A stretch of DNA of 64,000 nucleotides from the human T2T-CHM13v2.0 reference genome, Homo sapiens: assembly GCF_009914755.1 (NCBI RefSeq), contig NC_060940.1; one strand, given 5' to 3'. Both the position numbers and the translations under genes were made by a program. This document shows, piece after piece, positions 1-12,424 of this stretch (the stretch's first letter is position 1; every line of letters begins with the position of its first letter). Under the pieces are notes generated by a model. It was not told the DNA's origin, did not search any database, and saw only the letters and a list, made by a program, of their open reading frames with translations.

Positions 1-200
1 CCATTCAATGATTCCATTCAAATCTATTCCATGATGATTCCTTTCGATTCCATTCGCTGATGTTTCCGTTCAATTCCATTCGATGATGATTCCATTCGAT
101 TCCATTCATTGAGGATTCCATTTGATTCCATTCAATGATGATTCCATTCTATTCCATTCAATGATTGCATTCAATTCCATTCAATGATTATCCCATTAGA

Positions 201-3200
201 GTAAACTCAACGATTCCATTCAATACCATTCAATGATGATTCCTTTTGAGTCCATTCAATGATTTCATTCAAGTCCATTTGATGATTCCTTTCAATTCCA
301 TTCTATGATGATTCCATTCGAGTCCATTCGATGATTCCATTCGATTGCATTCGATGATTCCATTATATTCCATTCAACGGTGATTCCATTCGAGTCCATT
401 CCATGATTCCATTAGAGTACATTTAATGATTGCTTTGTTTTCAATTCGAAGATGATTACATTGGATTCCATTCTATGATACCATTCGATTCCATTCAATG
501 ATGATTCCACTCAAATCCATTGGATGATTCCATTCGTGTCCATTCGGTGATTTCATTAGATTCCATTCGAGGATGATTCCATTCGATTCCATTCGATGAT
601 TCCATTCAATTCCATTCGATGATGATTCCATTCCAGTCCATATGATCATTCCATTTGATTTCATTCGATGATGATTCCATTCAATTCGATTCGACGATTC
701 CATTCTATTCCATTCGATGATGATTCCATTCGAGTCCATTCGATGATTCCATTCGAGTCCATTTAATGATTCCATTGGGTTCAATTCAATGATGATTACA
801 TTGGATTCCGTTCTATGATTCCATTCAATTCCGTTCATTGACAATTTGATTCCATTCGATGATGATTCCATTTGAGTTCATTCGATGATTCTATTCGATT
901 CTCTTCGATGGTGATTCAATTCTATTATATTGGATGATTCCATTCGATTCCATTTGATGTTGATTCAATTCGATTCTATTCGATGATGATTCCATTGGAT
1001 TTCACTTGATGATTCTATTCGATTCCATTCAATGATGATTCACTTCTCGTCCATTGGATGATTCCATTTCATTCCATTCGATGATGATTCCATTCGATTC
1101 CATTCGATGATTCCATTTGATTCCATGCGACGGTGAGCAATTCGATTCAATTCCATGATGATTCTATTTGATTCAATTAGATGATGTTTCCATTCGAATC
1201 CATTCCATGATTATTCCATTGGAATCCATTCGGCGATGATTCCATATGAGTCAATTCAATGATGATTCCATATGGGTCCGTTCGATGATAATTCCATTTG
1301 ATTTCATTCGATGCTTCTATTCTATTCCAGTCGATGATGATTCCGTTGGAGTCCATACGATGATTCCATTTGATTTCATTTGATGATGATTCCATTCGAT
1401 GATGATTACATTGGATTCCATTCTATGATTCCATTCAATTCCATTCGTTGATGATTCGATTCCATTCAATGATGATTCCATTTGAGTTCATTCGATGATT
1501 CTATTCGATTCCGTTCGATGGTGATTCAATTCTCTTATATTGGATGATTCCACTCGATTCCATTTGATGATTATTCCATTGGAGTCCACTTAGTGAATCC
1601 TTTAGATTCTACTCGAAGATGATTCCATTCGAGTCCATTCGATGGTACCATTCAATTCCATTCGTTGATGCTTCCATTCAAGTGCATTCGATGATATCAT
1701 TCGATTCCATTTGATGATAATTCCATTTGATTCCATGCGATGATTCTATTCGATTCCATTCAATGATAATTCCATTCAATTCAGTGATTCCTCTGGACTC
1801 CATTTGATGATGATTCCATTCAATGATTCCATTCGATTCTATTCGAAAATGATTCCATTTGAATCCATTTGATGATGATTCCATTAGATTCCATTTGATG
1901 ATTCTATTCGATTCCATTCGACGATGATTCCATTCGATTCCATTTGATGATTCCATTATATTCTATTCGATGATGATTCCATTCGATTCCATTCGATGAT
2001 GATTGGATTCGATTCCATTTGATGATTTCATTTGATTCCATTCGATAATGATTTTGATCAATTCCATTCGATGATTCCATTCGATTCCATTCGATAATGA
2101 TTACATCCGAGTCCATTCGATGATTCCATTTGAGCCCGTTCGATAATTCCATTTGAGTCCAATCAATGATTGCATTCATTTCCATTCAATGATTCCATTC
2201 GAGTCCATTTGATCATTCCGGTAGGGTCCGTTCGATGTTGATTCCATTGGAGTGCATTCGATGATTCCATTCGAGTCCAATTTATGATTTGGTTCGAGTC
2301 CTTTCGATGATTCCATTCGATTCCACTCGATGATGATTTCATTCGAGTCCATTCGACACTTCCAATCGATTCCATTTGATGTTTCCTTTCGAGTCCAATT
2401 GATGATTCCATTCAATTCCATTCGATGATGATTCCGTACGATTCCACTCTGTGATGATTCCAAGTGATTGCATTCAATGATGATTCCTTTCGATTGCATT
2501 CGATTATGATTCATTTCGTGTTCATTCTATGGTTCCACAGGTTTCCATTCGTGTCCATTCCATTATTCCATTCTATTCCATTTGATGATGATTCCATTCG
2601 ATTCCATTCATTGGTGATTCCACTCAATTCCATTCAATGATTCCATTCCATTTCTTTCAACAATGATTCCATTAGTTTCTAATCGATGATCCACTTGATT
2701 CCATTTGACGACGATTCCATTCTTGTCCATTCGATGATTCCATTTGATTCCATATGATGATGATTCCATTCGATTCCATACCATGATGATTCCATTCGAG
2801 TCCATTCAATGGTGATTCCATTCAATTCCATTCGATGATTCCTTTCGATTCCATTCAATGATGATGGCATTCGATTCCTTTCAATCATTCCCTTTGATTC
2901 CATTCAAAGGTGATTTCATTCAAGTCCATTCGATAATTGCATTCGATTCCATTCTATGATGATTCCATTCGAGTCCATTTGATGATTCCATTCAATTCAA
3001 GTCAATGATGATTCCATTCAATTCCATTCGATGATTCCATTGGATTCCATTCGATGATGATTCCATTCAAATCCATTCGATAATTCAATTCAAGTCCATT
3101 CGATGATGATTCCAATCGAATCCATTCAAAGATTCCATTCTGTTCCATTCGATGATTCCCTTAGATTCCATTCGATGATTCCACTTGATTGCATTTACGA

Positions 3201-6200
3201 TGATTCCATTCGATTCCATGTGATGATTCCATTCAATTCTATTCAATGATGTCTCCATTTGATTCCATTCGACCATGATTGCCTTTGATTCCATTCAATG
3301 ATTCCATTCGGTTCCGTTTGATGATGATTCCGTTCGATTCCATTTGATGATTCCATTTGATTCCATTGGATGAGTCCATTCGATTACATTCGATGATTAT
3401 TCCATTCGAGTGCATTAGATGATTCCATTCGAGTCCATTCGATGATTCCATTCGATTCCATTCGATGTTGATTCTGTTCAAATCCATTCGATGATTCCAC
3501 TCGATTCCATTCGTTGACTCCATTTGATCCCATTTGATGATTTCCTTTGATTCCCTTTGATGATCATTCCATTTGATTCAATTCGGTGATTTCATTTGAT
3601 TCCATTCAGTGATGTTTCCATTCGACTCCATTCGATGATGATTCCATTCGACTCCATTCGATTATGATTTCATTCAATTCCATTCGATAATGATTCCCTT
3701 CGAGTCCATTCGATGATTCCATTCGATTCCATTCAACGATGATTTGATTCGTGTCCATTCGATGATTCCATTTGATTCCACTTGACGATGATTCCATTCG
3801 AGTCCATTTGATGATTCCATTCAATTCCATACTCCGATGATTTCTTTTGAGCCCACTCAATGCTTCCACTCGATTCCATATGATGATGACTCCATTCGAT
3901 GAAATTCGATGATGATTCCATTCGCTTGCTTTCGATGATGATTCCACTTGAGTCCGTTAGAAGATTCTATTCAATTACATTCCATGACGATTCCGTTCGA
4001 GTCCATTTGATGATTCCATTAGACTCCATTCGACGATGATTCCATTCGATGTTATTCCATGATTCCATTCGATCTCATTCGATGATGATTCCATTCAACT
4101 CCATTCGATGTTTCCATTCGAGTTCATTCTATTATTCCATTAGATTCCATTCGATGATGATTCCATTCGATTCCATTTGATGATTGCATTCTATTTCATT
4201 TGATGATGATTCCATTCGAGTCCACTCGATGATTCCATTCGAGTCCATTTAATGAATCCATTGGTTTCAATTCTATGATGATTACATTGGATTACATTCG
4301 TTGATGATTTCATTCGGTTCCATTCAATGATGATTCCATTCAATTCCTTTCAATGTTTCCATTCAATTCCATACGATGATGATTCCATTTGATTTGATTC
4401 GACAGTGAGCCATTCGATTCAATTCCATGATGATTCTATTTGATTCAATTGGTTGACATTTCCATTCGATTCCATTCGATGATGATTCCCTTTGATTCCG
4501 TTCAAAGATGATTCCATTCTAGCCCATTCAATCATTCCATTCGATTCTATTCAATGATGATTCCATTCATGTCGATTTGGTGATTCCATTTGACTTCATT
4601 TGATGATGATTCCTTTCAAGTTCATTAGATGATTCCATTCGATTCCATTTGATGATGATCCCATTCGAGTCCATTCAGTGATTCCATTCGTTTCCATTCC
4701 ATGATGATTCCATTCCTTTCCATTCAATGATTCCATTCGATTCCGTTTGATGATGATTTCATTCGAGTCCATTTGATGATTCCATTTGATTCCATTCGAT
4801 GATGATTCCATTCGAGTCCATTCGATGATTCTATTCGAATCCATTTGATGATTTCTTTTGATTATTTTTGGTGATGATTCCATTGGAGTCCATTCAATGA
4901 TTCCATTCTATTCCAATCGATGATGATTCCATTAGAGTCCATTTAATGATTCCATTGGATTCCAGTCTCTGATGATTACATTCGAGTCCATACGATGATT
5001 CCACTCAATTCCATATGATGATGATTCCATTTGATTCCATTCGGTGATTCCATTCTATTCTATTCAATGGTGATTCCATTCGAGTACATTAGATGATTCC
5101 ATTCGATTCCATTCAATGATGATTCTATTTGTGTCCCTTAGATGATTCCACATGATTCCATTACATGATGATACTATTTGAGCCCATCCAATGATTCCCT
5201 TCGATTCCATTCGATGAGGATTCCATTCGATTCAATTCATTGGTGATTCTATTCAATTCAATTCTTTGATTCCATTCCATTCCATTCGACAATGATTCCA
5301 TTCGATTTCTTTCGATGATTCCACTCGATTCCACTTGACATTGATTCCATTCGATTCCATTCAATGATTCCATTTGATTCCAGTGGATGATGATTGCCAT
5401 CGATTCCATTCGATCACTCCATTCTATTCCATTTGATGATGATTACATTCGATTCCATTTGATGATTCCATCTGATTCTATTCGAGGATTCCATTTGATT
5501 CCATTCGATGATGATTCCATTCGAGTCCATTTGATGATTTCATTCGAGTACATCCAATGATTCCATTCGAGTCCATTAGATGATTCCATTTGATTCCATT
5601 TGAAAATGATTCTACTAGAGTCCATTCAATGACTCCATTCGAGTCCATTCAACAATTCCATTCGACTCCATTCGATGATTCCATTCGATTCCATTTGATG
5701 GTTCCATTCGAGTCCATTTAATCATTACAGTCGAGTCCATTTGGTGATTCCAATGGATTTCTTTTGATAATGATACCATTCCATTACATTTGATGATGAT
5801 CCCATTCAATTTCATTTGATGATGATTCCATTAGAGTCCATTCGATGATTTCATTCGAGTCCCTTCATTGATTCCATCCGATTTCATTGGATGATGACTC
5901 CATTCGAGTCCATTCGATGATTCCACTCGATTCCATTAGATGACTCCATTGGAGTCCATTTGATTGTTCCATTCGATTCCATTCGATTCCTTTCGAAGAT
6001 TATTCCATTTGAGTCCATTCGATGATGATTCCATTCCATTCCATTCGATGATTCCGTTTGATTCCATTCGATGATTCCCTTCGATTCCTTTCTTTGATGA
6101 TTCCATTCCATTCCATTCAATGATTCCATTCGAATCTATTCCATGATGATTCCTTTCGATTCCATTCGCTGATGTTTCCGTTCAATTCCATTCGATGATG

Positions 6201-6312
6201 ATTCCATTCGATTCCATTCATTGAGGATTCCATTTGATTCCATTCAATGATGATTCCATTCTATTCCATTCAATGATTGCATTCAATTCCATTCAATGAT
6301 TATCCCATTAGA
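201..6312 (+). repeat. Higher-order repeat unit 1 (6112 bp, canonical length)
   Basis: Marker GTAAACTCAACG at 201 and 6313. ORF-track homologues are offset by exactly 6112 (473/6585, 1177/7289, 3606/9718, 5884/11996). Confidence 0.95.
1169..1179 (-). promoter_or_regulatory. Putative DUX4-type double-homeodomain motif TAATTGAATCA (one per unit)
   Basis: The + strand reads TGATTCAATTA, whose reverse complement fits TAAYBBAATCA. It also occurs at 7281, 13822, 20363, 26452, 32541, 38604, 48625 and 54727. This is a motif match only; binding at these sites is not shown. Confidence 0.4.
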
Positions 6313-9300
6313 GTAAACTCAACGATTCCATTCAATACCATTCAATGATGATTCCTTTTGAGTCCATTCAATGATTTCATTCAAGTCCATTTGATGATTC
6401 CTTTCAATTCCATTCTATGATGATTCCATTCGAGTCCATTCGATGATTCCATTCGATTGCATTCGATGATTCCATTATATTCCATTCAACGGTGATTCCA
6501 TTCGAGTCCATTCCATGATTCCATTAGAGTACATTTAATGATTGCTTTGTTTTCAATTCGAAGATGATTACATTGGATTCCATTCTATGATACCATTCGA
6601 TTCCATTCAATGATGATTCCACTCAAATCCATTGGATGATTCCATTCGTGTCCATTCGGTGATTTCATTAGATTCCATTCGAGGATGATTCCATTCGATT
6701 CCATTCGATGATTCCATTCAATTCCATTCGATGATGATTCCATTCCAGTCCATATGATCATTCCATTTGATTTCATTCGATGATGATTCCATTCGATTCC
6801 TTTCGACGATTCCATTCTATTCCATTCGATGATGATTCCATTCGAGTCCATTCGATGATTCCATTCGAGTCCATTTAATGATTCCATTGGGTTCAATTCA
6901 ATGATGATTACATTGGATTCCGTTCTATGATTCCATTCAATTCCGTTCATTGACAATTTGATTCCATTCGATGATGATTCCATTTGAGTTCATTCGATGA
7001 TTCTATTCGATTCTCTTCGATGGTGATTCAATTCTATTATATTGGATGATTCCATTCGATTCCATTTGATGTTGATTCAATTCGATTCTATTCGATGATG
7101 ATTCCATTGGATTTCACTTGATGATTCTATTCGATTCCATTCAATGATGATTCACTTCTCGTCCATTGGATGATTCCATTTCATTCCATTCGATGATGAT
7201 TCCATTCGATTCCATTCGATGATTCCATTTGATTCCATGCGACGGTGAGCAATTCGATTCAATTCCATGATGATTCTATTTGATTCAATTAGATGATGTT
7301 TCCATTCGAATCCATTCCATGATTATTCCATTGGAATCCATTCGGCGATGATTCCATATGAGTCAATTCAATCATGATTCCATATGGGTCCGTTCGATGA
7401 TAATTCCATTTGATTTCATTCGATGCTTCTATTCTATTCCAGTCGATGATGATTCCGTTGGAGTCCATACGATGATTCCATTTGATTTCATTTGATGATG
7501 ATTCCATTCGATGATGATTACATTGGATTCCATTCTATGATTCCATTCAATTCCATTCGTTGATGATTCGATTCCATTCAATGATGATTCCATTTGAGTT
7601 CATTCGATGATTCTATTCGATTCCGTTCGATGGTGATTCAATTCTATTATATTGGATGATTCCACTCGATTCCATTTGATGATTATTCCATTGGAGTCCA
7701 CTTAGTGAATCCTTTAGATTCTACTCGACGATGATTCCATTCGAGTCCATTCGATGATACCATTCAATTCCATTCGTTGATGCTTCCATTCAAGTGCATT
7801 CGATGATATCATTCGATTCCATTTGATGATAATTCCATTTGATTCCATGCGATGATTCTATTCGATTCCATTCAATGATAATTCCATTCAATTCAGTGAT
7901 TCCTCTGGACTCCATTTGATGATGATTCCATTCAATGATTCCATTCGATTCTATTCGAAAATGATTCCATTTGAATCCATTTGATGATGATTCCATTAGA
8001 TTCCATTTGATGATTCCATTCGATTCCATTCAACGATGATTCCATTCGATTCCGTTTGATGATTCCATTCTATTCTATTCGATGATGATTCCATTCGATT
8101 CCATTCGATGATGATTGGATTCGATTCCATTGGATGATTTCATTTGATTCCATTCGTTAATGATTTCGATCAATTCCATTCGATGATTCCATTTGATTCC
8201 ATTCGATAATGATTACATCCGAGTCCATTCGATGATTCCCTTTGAGCCTGTTCGATAATTCCATTTGAGTCCAACCAATGATTCCATTCATTTCCATTCA
8301 ATGATTCCATTCGAGTTCATTTGATCATTCCGGTAGGGTCCATTCGATGTTGATTCCATTGGAGTGCATTCGATGATTCCATTCGAGTCCATTTTAGGAT
8401 TTGATTCGAGTCCTTTCGATGATTCCATTCGATTCCACTCGATGATGATTTCATTCGAGTCCATTCGACACTTCCAATCGATTCCATTTGATGATTCCAT
8501 TCGAGTCCAATTGATGATTCCATTCAATTCCTTTCGATGATGATTCCGTACGATTCCATTCTGTGATGATTCCATGTGATTGCATTCAATGATGATTCCT
8601 TTCGATTGCATTCGATTATGATTCATTTCGTGTTCATTCTATGGTTCCACAGGTTTCCATTCGTGTCCATTCCATTATTCCATTCTATTCCATTTGATGA
8701 TGATTCCATTCGATTCCATTCATTGGTGATTCCACTCAATTCCATTCAATGATTCCATTCCATTTCTTTCAACAATGATTCCATTAGTTTCTAATCGATG
8801 ATCCACTTGATTCCATTTGACGACGATTCCATTCTTGTCCATTCGATGATTCCATTTGATTCCATATGATGATGATTCCATTCGATTCCATACCATGATG
8901 ATTCCATTCGAGTCCATTCAATGGTGATTCCATTCAATTCCATTCGATGATTCCTTTTGATTCCATTCAATGATGATGGCATTCGATTCCTTTCAATCAT
9001 TCCCTTTGATTCCATTCAAAGGTGATTTCATTCAAGTCCATTCGATAATTGCATTCGATTCCATTCTATGATGATTCCATTCGAGTCCATTTGATGATTC
9101 CATTCAATTCAAGTCAATGATGATTCCATTCGATTCCATTCGATGATTCCATTGGATTCCATTCGATGATGATTCCATTCAAATCCATTCGATAATTCAA
9201 TTCAAGTCCATTCGATGATGATTCCAATCGAATCCATTCAAAGATTCCATTCAGTTCCATTCGATGATTCCCTTAGATTCCATTCGATGATTCCACTTGA

Positions 9301-12300
9301 TTGCATTTACGATGATTCCATTCGATTCCATGTGATGATTCCATTCAATTCTATTCAATGATGTCTCCATTTGATTCCATTCGACCATGATTGCCTTTGA
9401 TTCCATTCAATGATTCCATTCGGTTCCGTTTGATGATGATTCCGTTCGATTCCATTTGATGATTCCATTTGATTCCATTGGATGAGTCCATTCGATTACA
9501 TTCGATGATTATTCCATTCGAGTGCATTAGATGATTCCATTCGAGTCCATTCGATGATTCCATTCGATTCCATTCGATGTTGATTCTGTTCAAATCCATT
9601 CGATGATTCCACTCGATTCCATTCGTTGACTCCATTTGATCCCATTCGATGATTTCCTTTGATTCCCTTTGATGATCATTCCATTTGATTCAATTCGGTG
9701 ATTTCATTTGATTCCATTCAGTGATGTTTCCATTCGACTCCATTCGATGATGATTCCATTCGACTCCATTCGATTATGATTTCATTCAATTCCATTCGAT
9801 AATGATTCCCTTCGAGTCCATTCGATGATTCCATTCGATTCCATTCAACGATGATTTGATTCGTGTCCATTCGATGATTCCATTTGATTCCACTTGATGA
9901 TGATTCCATTCGAGTCCATTTGATGATTCCATTCAATTCCATACTCCGATGATTTCTTTTGAGCCCACTCAATGCTTCCACTCGATTCCATATGATGATG
10001 ACTCCATTCGATGAAATTCGATGATGATTCCATTCGCTTGCTTTCGATGATGATTCCACTTGAGTCCGTTAGAAGATTCTATTCAATTACATTCCATGAC
10101 GATTCCGTTCGAGTCCATTTGATGATTCCATTAGACTCCATTCGACGATGATTCCATTCGATGTTATTCGATGATTCCATTCGATCTCATTCGATGATGA
10201 TTCCATTCAACTCCATTCGATGTTTCCATTCGAGTTCATTCTATTATTCCATTAGATTCCATTCGATGATGATTCCATTCGATTCCATTTGATGATTGCA
10301 TTCTATTTCATTTGATGATGATTCCATTCGAGTCCACTCGATGATTCCATTCGAGTCCATTTAATGAATCCATTGGTTTCAATTCTATGATGATTACATT
10401 GGATTCCATTCGTTGATGATTTCATTCGGTTCCATTCAATGATGATTCCATTCAATTCCTTTCAATGTTTCCATTCAATTCCATACGATGATGATTCCAT
10501 TTGATTTGATTCGACAGTGAGCCATTCGATTCAATTCCATGATGATTCTATTTGATTCAATTGGTTGACATTTCCATTCGATTCCATTCGATGATGATTC
10601 CCTTTGATTCCGTTCCAAGATGATTCCATTCTAGCCCATTCAATCATTCCATTCGATTCTATTCAATGATGATTCCATTCATGTCGATTTGGTGATTCCA
10701 TTTGACTTCATTTGATGATGATTCCTTTCAAGTTCATTAGATGATTCCATTCGATTCCATTTGATGATGATCCCATTCGAGTCCATTCAGTGATTCCATT
10801 CGTTTCCATTCCATGATGATTCCATTCCTTTCCATTCAATGATTCCATTCGATTCCGTTTGATGATGATTTCATTCGAGTCCATTTGATGATTCCATTTG
10901 ATTCCATTCGATGATGATTCCATTCGAGTCCATTCGATGATTCTATTCGAATCCATTTGATGATTTCTTTTGATTATATTTGGTGATGATTCCATTGGAG
11001 TCCATTCAATGATTCCATTCTATTCCAATCGATGATGATTCCATTAGAGTCCATTTAATGATTCCATTTGATTCCAGTCTCTGATGATTACATTCGAGTC
11101 CATACGATGATTCCACTCAATTCCATATGATGATGATTCCATTTGATTCCATTCGGTGATTCCATTCTATTCTATTCAATGGTGATTCCATTCGAGTACA
11201 TTAGATGATTCCATTCGATTCCATTCAATGATGATTCTATTTGTGTCCCTTAGATGATTCCACATGATTCCATTAGATGATGATACTATTTGAGCCCATC
11301 CAATGATTCCCTTCGATTCCATTCGATGAGGATTCCATTCGATTCAATTCATTGGTGATTCTATTCAATTCAATTCTTTGATTCCATTCCATTCCATTCG
11401 ACAATGATTCCATTCGATTACTTTCGATGATTACACTCGATTCCACTTGACATTGATTCCATTCGATTCCATTCAATGATTCCATTTGATTCCAGTGGAT
11501 GATGATTGCCATCGATTCCATTCGATCACTCCATTCTATTCCATTTGATGATGATTACATTCGATTCCATTTGATGATTCCATCTGATTCTATTCGAGGA
11601 TTCCATTTGATTCCATTCGATGATGATTCCATTCGAGTGCATTCGATGATTTCATTCGAGTACATCCAATGATTCCATTCGAGTCCATTAGATGATTCCA
11701 TTTGATTCCATTTGAAAATGATTCTACTAGAGTCCATTCAATGACTCCATTCGAGTCCATTCAACAATTCCATTCGACTCCATTCGATGATTCCATTCGA
11801 TTCCATTTGATGGTACCATTCGAGTCCATTTAATCATTACAGTCGAGTCCATTTGGTGATTCCACTGGATTTCTTTTGATAATGATACCGTTCAATTACA
11901 TTTGATGATGATCCCATTCAACTTCATTTGATGATGATTCCATTAGAGTCCATTCGATGATTTCATTCGAGTCCCTTCATTGATTCCATCCGATTTCATT
12001 GCATGATGACTCCATTCGAGTCCATTCGATGATTCCACTCGATTCCATTAGATGACTCCATTGGAGTCCATTTGATTGTTCCATTCGATTCCATTCGATT
12101 CCTTTCGAAGATTATTCCATTTGAGTCCATTCGATGATGATTCCATTCCATTCCATTCGATGATTCCGTTTGATTCCATTCGATGATTCCCTTCGATTCC
12201 TTTCTTTGATGATTCCATTCCATTCCATTCAATGATTCCATTCGAATCTATTCCATGATGATTCCTTTCGATTCCATTCGCTGATGTTTCCGTTCAATTC

Positions 12301-12424
12301 CATTCGATGATGATTCCATTCGATTCCATTCATTGAGGATTCCATTTGATTCCATTCAATGATGATTCCATTCTATTCCATTCAATGATTGCATTCAATT
12401 CCATTCAATGATTATCCCATTAGA
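6313..12424 (+). repeat. Higher-order repeat unit 2 (6112 bp, canonical length)
   Basis: Marker at 6313 and 12425; 6585/12697 offset is 6112. Confidence 0.95.

Noticed and set aside
1200-1232. Short imperfect palindromes such as TTCCATTGGAA and TCGA/AATT sites as hairpins or terminators
   Set aside because: They are too short and are expected from single substitutions in the repeat. Nothing supports a function.
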